From Clostridia bacterium (GTDB taxonomy: Bacteria; Bacillota; Clostridia; Christensenellales; CAG-917), in assembly GCA_900763875.1 (NCBI GenBank), contig CAAFLX010000001.1:10752-74751 (forward strand): a stretch of DNA of 64,000 nucleotides. Direction: 5' to 3'. The first letter of the stretch is position 1. Each line of letters opens with the position of its first letter. The translations under genes and the position numbers were made by a program. Positions 13,601 through 25,600 of this stretch are shown here, piece by piece. The notes beneath the pieces are model-generated. The model searched no databases. It saw nothing but the letters and a program-made list of their open reading frames with translations, and was not told where the DNA came from.

Positions 13601-16600
13601 TGACGAAAAAGTCAAAGCCAACACGGACGGCAAGGGCGAGTTCAAGTATTACGACGTCACCAAAGTCGAGGTCTTCCTCCGCTTGAAAGACAGAGTTACG
13701 AATGAATTGCTCAACGGCGAAAACGCATACGTGCTCTTTGCGTCCGCGTCCCAAACTCAAATCAACAACAGTGAAAAACTTGAATACTTGCAAAAGTACG
13801 GCGTGAACGTGCCCAAACTTTACAAGTACGATGAGGCCACAAAGACGTATGAAGCGGTTGGCAGCACGCTCTATCTTGTCAATCCGCTCAAAGCTCGCAA
13901 CGAGTTCTTGTCCGTCAACCTCTATTTGTGGAATCACAGAGTGTCCATTGCAATCAACGCGCCCTCTATCAACGTGACCAAGTTCCAATACCTCACGGGC
14001 GACCAGGCAAAGGATAAGCTCAACAACAACATCGCCGCAGGCGCACGCTATGAGGATACCGTCGAAGATATGTTCACCAGCGTTGACAAGGTCAGCGACG
14101 GCGTTGAAAACTGGCGTCTTGACTACTACAAAGACGGCAAGTTTGACACTGCCAAGTATGAGGCGAATCCGCGCTACTATGAGTATAGAGGTAAACGTCA
14201 ACCCATCAACCCCGACAGATTGTTTGTAAAGAAAGGTGCAAACAACTATGAAAAGGTCGCAACCGATTGGAGCAGCATGCCCGACTATCTTGCTCAAATG
14301 GCAAGCGAAAAGGCGGAATACTACTTCTTCACCGATACGGCGTACGTGCTTATCAACAGATCGTTTATCTACAAGAGGGAAGTGTACAACGAAAACAAAA
14401 AAGTGCTTATCCCGGCAACCGATACGCGTCCCGATAACGAGTATTGGGTGAAAGTGCAACAAGAAAGCTCCGTTGCTCAACCCGACTTCAAGAACGATCC
14501 TGCTTATGCAGACTACAAGTATAAGGATTACGTTGACACCGACAACCTCTACTACATCTCGCTCACGCTCAGCGGAAGACTCTTCCTCGAAGCAGGCAAG
14601 ATTTATCTCCCGTACAGCGATTACGAGGTGCTTTACAAGAAATTGCACGGCGACGTTGCACCCACCGACGATGTCATCAAGAGCATTGCGTACAAGAAAT
14701 TCCAAGGCGACTACGTCAAGTTGACGGACACGGACAATATCGCAACGCTCAAAGAAAACAAGGGCTTGTACGTTTGGGTGAACAGCGCGCTCGACAAGCA
14801 ATACAGCGGCGTCAACGAGGCTCTCGGCGACGTCTTGGGCAACTTGCTCGGCGCAATGAAGGGCAAATTCCAAGTCACGGAAGATATGACCTTCAACATC
14901 TACTTCTCGATCCGCTTGAACCTCGGCTTCAAACTCTACATTCTCCCGTCCTTCGGTCTCGACGTGCGTGACCTCGACGTGGCAATCGACGTTTGGGGCG
15001 AGCAAAACGACTTGATGGCAAACGGCAACTACGTCACAAGCGAGGATAGAAACAAAAACAACTATGAGGGCAAACTCCTCGACGGTACGAAACCGCATAT
15101 CCTCGGCATCTACTACGACAACGACAAAGACACGGGCAAAGCAGGTCTTTACGTTGACGCAGAGGCATTGCTCGGCAAGGACGCAAAACTCTTTGTGGAT
15201 ATGAGTGAATACTCGCTCGAAGACGTGCTTACGGGGCTTATTGCAGGCATCGGCAAGAAAAACGACGACGCTTCCGTCGCATCCGACGCATCGGACAAGA
15301 ATCCCGACAAGCAACCGTCGGCACAGATGAGCTTGTTCCTCAACATATTCACCAACGCAATCGCAATCAACGTCACTTCGGGCTTTGCAAAGGTCTTGCT
15401 CAAAGAACTTTTGCCCGACAACGCAAGCATTGCGGATATGTTGCCCAACTTCAAGGTCTACGTCAAACAAAACCTCAGACCGTATGACCTTACAATCGGC
15501 GCGCTCCTCTTCAACGAGAAGGGCGACGTCCCCGTGCTCAATCTCGGTCTTGTCATCGAGGGCTTGAACGGTGAAGAAGGCGTGTCGTCGGCAATCGACT
15601 TCGGAAGAAAAGAAGATATTTTGGCAAATCAACAAGGCTCGAACGCTATCTTCTACTATGCAAACTTCTACCGCGACAACGGCAACACCGATTATTCAAA
15701 CTACTACGGAAAGAACTTCCAACTCAAAGACTACGTCCAACTCTATAGAGGCGAGGACGGCAACGACTATTACGTCAAAGAAAAAGGCGGCTATGAGTTG
15801 ACGTCAAACGGCGACGGCACGTATACGGTAACCGCTGCCGCAAACGGCGGATACGCAATCTACAAGAAAGCCGACGGCTCTATCGCAGGCCCGGAAGACA
15901 GATTTATGATGACCGCGCCCGTTATGAGCGAGGTGCTCAAGTCAAGACAAACCGCTTACAACGGCGCAATCTACACCGACGTTGACGGCGTGTATATGTA
16001 CGTGTACGAGCGCCTTGACCAAATTGCCAACAACAATACGTTTGGCAACAAAGGTGCGCAATCTGACGGTAGCAACAGATTCGAGAATTATAGAGCGCTT
16101 GCCAACACTGCGCAATTTGCGGCATTCACAGGCACAATCTATATCATCGACGAAAACAACAACTATGCAAGAGTCAGCAAGGACGATTTGCAAGGATTCA
16201 CGGGCAAGGGCAACTTGCAATACGAGAAACTTGCAAACGGCACTTACAAGGCTATTGACGCCAACAACAACGGCTACACCGATATCGACGAGGCAGACGA
16301 GTTTAAGAAGAACAATCCCGACGCAAAAGTCTACAAGAAAGTCACCGATTTCACCAACTACACCAAGGCTCTCAACCTCAACCTCGGCGACTTGCTCGGC
16401 GGCGGCGAATTTGACGTGGCAAGCGTGCTTGCTGGTCTTGACAGCGTTGAGCTCGGAATGAACCTCGATATCAAGGCGACTCTCAAAGACGTCATCAACT
16501 GGACGTATCAATTCACAAAAGCCATCGACAATGCTCAAATTGCAGAGTATCTCTACGTTGTCGCTATGGCTTTGCAAAACAACAAGGAATTCGAGAGCCT

Positions 16601-19600
16601 TACAGGTCTTAATCTCGACCTCAAAGCGTATCTCAAGATGGCAAACCTCGTCAAGATGCTTGCAGGCGACAAGAGCGTCACTCTCGTTCAAGCACTCGAG
16701 GGCGCAAAGATCTATCTTGAATTGACCTACACCACCAACTTCCACGGCAACGCACAACCCAAGGCTTTGTTGTGGGTGGAAATCAGAGACGGCAAGCTCT
16801 ACGTCAATCTTGACGCAAGCGAAATCGGCGATATCGTCGGTTGGGGCGACTTCTTCTCCTACGGCATCATCGACGGTCTTGACTTGAACGTCCTTCTCGG
16901 CGCAGTCAAAAAGACAACGGCATCTGCACAAGCGAGCGTTGCTGCCGACGAGGAAGAGTCCAACACGGGCTTGATTCCTGCAAATATTTGGAGCGTGCTC
17001 AACGTTGTGATAGGCAGATTGCTCGTTGCAAACGACTTCCTCACGGTCGGTCTCAATGAAACCCTCATTGCAGACCTCATCGGTATGCTTGCAGACAGCA
17101 ATAGCGAGGTCTTGCAGAAAGTGGCTGAGTTCTTGCCCAAGTTGCGCACAACCGACACCAAAGACACCAGCGGTGTGACAATCAACTTCTACGGCAACGC
17201 GCCCAGCATCGATATCAACCTCGGCTTTAAGGTCGGCACTCTCTACTATGAGACGGTCAAAAACTTCAACGCTATGTACGGCAAAGAAGGCAAGTATGTC
17301 AAAACTGCCGACTGGACGGGCACGACGTTCACAAAAGACGGCAACGGCAACTACACTGTCGGCAGCGGCGCAGACAATGACCACACCTACGTGCTGATGT
17401 CCACCGACGATTACGCGCTCGTTGCGTACGCATATCCTGCTTGGGAAGGCGACACCTACGACTACGACACGACAAGCAACACGTTTGTCAAACACAGCGG
17501 CGCAGGCAAGGGTGCATATCTCAAACAAGGCGACTTTGCACTGGCAATCTCCCTTGGCAAGATTTATGCAAGAGTCAACCGCGACTTTACAATCGACAAA
17601 GACGACAAGTTTGCAGACAAGAATGCCGACGGCAGCATCAAATACGATTATTTCGAGTCCGCAACCGGCGCATACGTCAAAGATACGGACGGCACTTACC
17701 GTCTTGCAACCGCGGCGGACAGCGAGGCAACGCACTACGACAGAAAGCCGTCATATGCAAACTACGTCAAGATGCAAGACGTCACCGCACACCTTGAAAT
17801 GTCAATCGACGTTTCCTTGTACGGTAGCGGCAAGGCAGGCAAGAACAACATCATCGATTTGAGCGAAATCCTCGACCTCGTTATGGGTCTTATCGCGCCC
17901 AACAGCGCAATCAGCGGATCGCAACTCAAACTCAACATAGTCAACGAATTCGGCAACGACACCGCTCCGTTCTTCACGCTCGACCTCGTTGCAAACATCA
18001 ACGTACAAACCTTTGAAGTCGAGCTTGGCTTGCAACTCAACAAGCAAGCAAAAGGCTCTTCGACGCCCAAGACTCTGCTTGGCGTGTACGTGGTTGAAAA
18101 CACTGTTTACGTTGACCTTAGCGGTTTGCTCGGCCCGACTGCAAAGATTGCGGTGACCGACCTCAACCTTGACGGATTGCTCGAAGGCGCGCTTGGCAAG
18201 TTTGTCAAACAACCTCAAGCAAGCGAGAGCACCGCAAGCGGAGCAAGCACGGCAAGTAACAGCGATATCGCAACTATCGAGCAAACCATGAAGGATTATG
18301 CATACTTCATGATCAACGTCACGCCGCAAAAAATCTTGCTCCAACTCAATGCAGACCTCATCAACGCCGTGTACAAGAAGATTATGCAAATCCGCGGCCT
18401 CGATTCCACGAAGAATCTGATCCCCGACATCGGCGATTTGCTTGTCAGAATTGACGCGTCCGAGGCAACCGGCGCAAAGAACTACGTCAAGTTCAAGAAC
18501 GATGCGGAAAAAGCAGCTTATACAGGCACAACCTACAAAAAGGTCGGACTCAAATACAAGAAAGTTGAACCGAGCGAAGGTGTAAAGGGCAACTATTATC
18601 AAAAAGGAACGAAGACAACGATAAGCCTCAACCTGAGATTGAGCGACGGTTTGTACTTCTGCCTCGACATCCCGGCGGCGTCTATGACAAAAGACATCAG
18701 CCAAAGCGTTGTCACACAACTCGATCTTGCTCGTGAGGTCAAGGACTTCTACAAGGCTCTCACGGCGGACGAGTTGAGCAAGTACACCGGCACTATTTTC
18801 GACAAGCAAGCCGACGGCAGCTATGTCGAAATTGAAAAGGTCAACATTGTCGATGGCAAGACTTACTACAAGTGGGTCAAAAAAGCAACCGTTCCTTCCG
18901 GTTATATCGAGATACTCTCCCTCGACCTCGAGGCTCTTGTCAATGGCACGGGTACGTTTGATATCTCCGCTCTCAAACTGCCCACGATTGGTCTTTCCAC
19001 GACAATCGAGCTTACAATGACGTCAAAGAACCTCAAACCCGGTGATGACGGCTACGAGGATTCTCTTGCAGGTTGGGTGATCGGCTTGTTCAATAATCTC
19101 CTCGGCGGACAATCTATCCTCGGCAAGTTCACCGCGCTCACACTCACAGGCGACAAACTCTATGACGGCGCAAAAGAGTATGAGGGCAAAGTGTACTACA
19201 AGGACAGCGAGGGCGCATACAAGCCCTTCACGGGCGACGCGTATGTGAATGGAACGACCTACTACAAGTACGACCTTGCCGACATCAATATCACCATGGC
19301 GAGCGAGGCGGTCAACTTCACAATCGACATCTCTGCAAACGTCAATCTTGCTCCGTTGCTTGCATACGGCATCGGCGGCATCCTGTTCAGCGACATCGCA
19401 GTTGACGTCAAAGCAGGCAAACCCATCAACTCCACCATCCTCAGCCTCTACTACCTCGGCTCTTCAAGACTTATGAAGAAGACGAGCGGCAACGGTTGGG
19501 AGATCGGCACGGCAACAAGCGGCACGTACACTGCCAACGAGATCTATTCCGACGCACTCTACATCGACGCAAGCGGTTTGGGACTTGGCAAAATCAAATT

Positions 19601-22600
19601 CCAAGGCATCGCAGGCTTGCTCGGTGCGTCTCCGAGCTATGGCGCAAGCACGGCATCGGACGCAACCGTATGTTCGGACGCGTCCACGCAGGATGCAACT
19701 TCTTCCGACGCAAAAGCGGCGGCAGGCAGTGCATTGTACTTGCAAATCGACCTTGAAAACGGACGTCTCGGCATGACGTTCGACAATGCGTTCATTTCAA
19801 CGCTTGTAGGTTTGCTCGGCATCGACCTCGGCGACATAACGCTTCCGCCTATCAAGTCGGTCAAACTCGACGTCAACCTCGGCACGAGCGGACTTGACTC
19901 AATCAACCTCAACGCTCAACTTGACAGCGTGGGCACTGGTGCGAACATCGCAATCAAGAACGTGTCCCTCGGTCTTGGCGAAAGCAAGGTTGATTCCGAA
20001 AAACTTATCAACACAGTCAAGACGGGCTATGCAGGCTTGACGTTCTCCAAGACGTCCGGCTTGATGTCCCTTGTCCAAAATGCTATCGACAACTTGAAGC
20101 CCGGCCTTTCAATCAACATTCAAAACAAGGTTTGGCAGTTGACGCAGGCAAGAAACGTTTCGTCGGCATACAGAGATTCGAGCATTACGCTCAACGGCAG
20201 AAAGGTCTTTACGGCAACAAACCTCACAAAAGAGTCGAACGTAGAGGCGGCAAAGAGATACAACATTCGTCTTGACCTCAAGAGCACTCTTGCAAAGACC
20301 GGTTTGTCGGCAATCGTTGGCGGCAACAACATCTTTATCACCAACTTGAAACTCGTCACCGGTGGTCTTGCAGGCGCAATCGTACCGTTGATTTCGGCAC
20401 TGAACTGTCTCGACCTTGGCGGTATGATGGGCAGCTCTCCGCTTCTCCAACTTGTCAGCGGAACGGACGGCGACGACGCAACTTACTCCTATCCGACGGC
20501 AACGACCGCTGCGGACGCGTCCGCAACGGCTCAAAGCGGCTGGAATAAGGACAAAACGGCATACAACTATCCGCTCAAGCTCGAAAACCTCATCAAGAGC
20601 GTTGACGTCAACTTGTTCAACGACCACGAATACTGGCCGTATTTTGCAGGCGCAACGCAAGTTTCAAACGGCGCAGGCAAGATTTCAATCAAGGCAACCC
20701 TCGACAAGGACGCTTACAACGAACTTATGATTATGGTGACTTGCATCCTTATGGGCTTGATGAAAGACAAGATTAACAGCCACAACGGCGAGCCGTATTT
20801 CGGTGACATTCAAAAAGTCGGTACGGGCAGCGGCAAGTTGAGTAAATATCTCATCAACGGCATCGGCGACACCAACGAAATCACCAAGTTCTATGACGGA
20901 CTTGACGCTCTTGTGACGGGCAACAAGTCAACACAAGAGAAAGTCAACTATGTCGAACCGTTTGCAAGGTCTTTGCCCGTAACGTTGACCAAGTGGGCGT
21001 TGATGTTTGCACTCGACGCGGCAAACTTGTCTATCAGCTGGGGTACTATTCAAAACCTTGCAAGTGAAGTCATCGAGGACTTGAACAAACTCATCGGCGG
21101 CATTCTTCCCATTCCGTTTGCAAGCGGAGTGATCGATCCGTCAATCAACATCTATATCGACCTCAACCCGATTGCAAGCGAATACGGCTGCACAGACGGA
21201 CAAACCGTCAGACCGGGCATTCAAGCAATCGAAATTATGGTCAACGGCAAAAAGAACGGTGTTGGCGATTCAATGCAGTACAACAAGGCACAAACGACCG
21301 ATCGTGCGCAGATGAGCCGTATGGCTTACGACGGCGGTGCAAGCGCAACCGAGACAACCATTCATCGCAATGAGGCTTGGGACTTCTTTATGATTCGCAT
21401 CACGCCGTACAGCATTGTTGACAAAACATTCCCAACCGGGTTGTTGTACTTCGACGATTCCGATGAAGCGACGCTTATTGACGACAAGTTCGATATACCC
21501 AAGGAAATCGTCATCGAAGACCCTGCAACAAGAACGGGTACTCTCACCACCAACTCGGGTGCGTCCAAGGAATTCCAACTCCGCGACAGCTACTTCTCGA
21601 ACCCCGAATACTTCCCGCAATATGCAAACGTCAAGTTCCCGATTATCATTGACGGTCAGCAAATGAAATCCTACTATGAGAAGTCCGGCTACAAGGATAC
21701 GATGGGCACTTACATCATTTGGGACGCGGCGTCCGTTGACTTGACGGCGGCAACCGAAAAGGATACGAGCGGCAGACGTCTTGCAGGCTATGTGTACGGC
21801 TATGCGCTCAACACCGTGATGTATGCAATCCCCGTTTACGTGACGGACAACTACGCATATCAAAACGTCAACGGTATGATTGCAACCTACACCGAGGATG
21901 CAAACGGAAACTATATCTTCGATGAGGATATCCAAAGCTATCGCGCAATCAAGTCGGGCGAAACCTTGGCAACAGGCACACAGAAATACAAGTTGTCCTT
22001 CACCAAGAAGAAACTCGGCATCGACATCGACGCAACAAGCTCCAAGTACATGGCAGAGCTGCCCGACCTTGTGGAAATCACCTTCAACGACAGAAAGGTG
22101 ACAATGGGCACATACCTTACGGACGCAACGGGCAAGACGCTTTATGCGCTCATCGATCCGTTCGGTTCTGCTCCGAGTGAAAACGGCTATCAAATCTTGC
22201 CGCAACCCACCAAGGAAGAGAAAGACAAGGGCGCAAAGGACAACCTCAACTCCGACGGCAACAAGTATGTGTTGATGCCGGCATACGTGGCAGGTCTTGT
22301 GCGCGAGAAGAACGCCAAGGGCGAAATCGTATTCAAGACGGTCAAAGTCGATGACAAAGAGTACTATGTGCTCAACCGCTCGATGTTGCCCACCGGCAAG
22401 CAATTCCCGGCAGGTACAATCACTTGGAACACCGAAAACTTCAAGTACGATTGGCAAGGTTCAACGTCTTGGAAGAGCGGCGACGCAAGCAATACAATCA
22501 AGGTCGGTCTCACCTATCAATGGGGACTTGGCAAGCCTGTTGAAACCAAAATCGATCTCGAAGCAAAGAACTACAAGATTTCAAGATTGACCTATATGAA

Positions 22601-25600
22601 GGAAACAAAGGACGCAACGTCCAAGGTCAAGTTTGAAAGCGAGCGCGACAAGAATGGCAATTACACCACAATCTTGTCCCTCGACGCAATGAAGATTGAC
22701 CAAAGCACGGCAGACCTTGTCCAATATCTCAACAAATTCAAATTTGTGGACGGCAAGTTTGTCACCGAAGGCTCGATGACGGGCTTTGACGTGACGTGGG
22801 ATACCTCCGAGCTTGAAAAGGCTCTTGCGGCAATCACCGAAAACGGCAAAGTCAACTTCTACAAGGGCATTGACGTGACCGTCAAGGCAAAAGTCGGCGG
22901 ACAAAGATTCAGCGTACGCTCCTCTGTCACCAAGACTCTCACAATTGCCAACAAGGTCGGATTTGTCGGCAAGGACGAAACGTTTAAGGGCAATCTCGCT
23001 CAAGAAGTCAATGTCAGAATCGTTGTCAAACCCTACGTGTTCGACTCGATGCTCACCGACGTGACGTTCGACCAATACAAGTTTGACGCCATAACCGTCG
23101 ACTCGCTTGGCGACACGTTCAAGTTCAACGTCAAAGACGCAAGCGGCAACAAGGTTGCAAAGACGGTGAAGACAGGCAACGGACTTTCACTCAGCGCACC
23201 CTTCATCAAGGTTGGCGACAGATATCTTGACGCCTACAACAACGACGTGCACAAGCTCACGAGCGACGATATCACTTATGAGGGCTATGCCTTGTCAAGC
23301 AAGTATCCGCTCTTTGCAAAACTCACGATTGGCACGGAGTATAGCGGCAAGCAAGAAGTCTACGTGCCCATCGTCATCAACGCTCTCAAGCCGACTGCAA
23401 CCACAATCAACGTCGCGCACGAGGACACTCTCAACCCGACGTGGCATGAGAATGCTATCTACAGCTCCGTTGACGTGGCGTTTGGCGCAACGACTCACAA
23501 GATGTTCCTCGATTGGAGCACCGTGACCTACTACACCAACGCGGCTTGCACCAAGGTCAAGGCAGAACAAAATATCTTTGACGGCGGCACGATTTATGCG
23601 AAACTCGAAGCGTACAAGACGCTCGACAACACCGCAAACGGCACAAAACTCGCACTTGTCAACACTCATACGCAAGACGAGAACGGCAAGGATATCTACA
23701 AGGCTCAAACAATCACGCTCCGCCTCAACGTCGAGCAACAAATCATCAGATCGCTCGGCTACTTCTATGACGAGAGCATCGGCGACTTGGCGGCATACCT
23801 CAGAGCAAACGGTATGACCGAAGACCTCAGAGCAAAACTTGCCGACAAGACAAACTACACGGGCAAGGTCTATCAACAAACGCACGAAAAAGACGGCACT
23901 GCATACGGCATCGACCCAATCAACTTTGCAACGAATCGCGACGATTACTTCAAGACGAGCAAGTGGGGCGACGTCGAAAACGGCACACCTGTGCTTGTCA
24001 ATCTTGTCAAGGGCGAGAATTACATCGCATACGTCAGAGAATTTGCAAGCGTTGTTGCGAGCGCGCCGATTGACGGCATTGAGAAATATGTCTATGCAGT
24101 GATTGGCAATCAAAAAGTTCAATTCAACGTCAATATTCCGTCCTACACGTTCACGACCGGCACGCTTACCGACAGCAACAGCCGCCTTATCCACAAGAGC
24201 GGATCAATCGCCGGCACGATCGAAACGGTGGAGGGCACACAAGTTGACAACAGACTTGCTTTCACCTACGACGTGTACGACGGCTGGAAGTTGCCTGCAA
24301 CCGCAACCGTGACGACGCTCCAAGGCAAGGGAGATGTCAATGTCGCTATCACGTGGCTCGATTACTCCGCTCCGACCAAGGACGAAATCAAAACGGATGA
24401 GGGCGGACAATACGTCGAGCGCAAGTACTTCTTCTTTGACGGACTTGCAATCCGCTATCCGTCGCAAGGCGAGTTCACGGCGAAGATTTATCTCGACAAC
24501 TTCAACGTGAAAGCAGAAGTCAAGCCCAACGGAATGAGCCAAACCTACGACGTGTTCGACAAGTTTGAGTTTGCAACAACCGCAACCGTAACTTTGGGCG
24601 AAAAGACTTACGACAACGTACCTCTCCATTGGCTTGACAAGAGTATGCCGACGGCTGAGGAAATCAAACAAGGCTCGTTCACACGCAAGGCGTACGTCCT
24701 CGGCGGCAACGTCTTTGGCGATATGGTCGCCTTCGACTACACCGTCGCAATCAACAACAACTTCACTCTTGAGGGTATCGAGGGAGGCTACAAAGAAGGA
24801 TTCCGCACAGAACTTACGGCTGACAACTTCTATCAAGGCTTGCTCAAAGACACAACTCTCAAAGTGAACGGCAAAGATATCCCCGTCGAGCTTGCTTGGA
24901 GCGACAACTATACGGCGCAAAGCGGATTCAACGGCGATATGACGCTCACAATCACGAGCAAGGACGGCGACGCGCTCGTGCTTGCAAGCACCGTGACGGT
25001 CAACGTCAAGGTTGCAAGCGCAGGCATCGAAAGCCTTGTCGGCGGCAGCAAGTACACGCTCGACCCGTATGCAAAGGACAGCACGCTCTTTGCAAACGGC
25101 GCAGACGTGCAAGTCAATGTCAAGGGCAGCGCAACTCCGCAAACGGTCAGAGCATACTATGACTTTGACAACGCAGACTTCTATGCCAACGTGTCCAAGT
25201 ACTTCGGCAAGAAACTCAAAGTCAACGTGACCTACAAGTACAACGCAGGCAAGGACGAGCAATCCGAAATCGGCACGATCGAAGTGTACGTAATGAACAG
25301 AACCATTATGTATATGTCCGATTATGACAACCGTTCGATTGTGGTTGACACGTTCGTCAACAAAGACGCGTCATATCTTGCCAACGAGATGAGCGTCACA
25401 ACCGTTGACGGCACGGTGTTCACCGCATACTTCGACTGGGCAGACGTTGACAAGCTCATCAAGAGCGGCACGAGCAACACCGCATATATGGCAACCGCAA
25501 TCGTCGGCATCGAGAGAGCGGACGGCGGCTACGTGTATGAGGATATCACCGGCAACGGAAAGAACGCCTACGTCACGGTTGAAGACTATGTCGCATTCAA

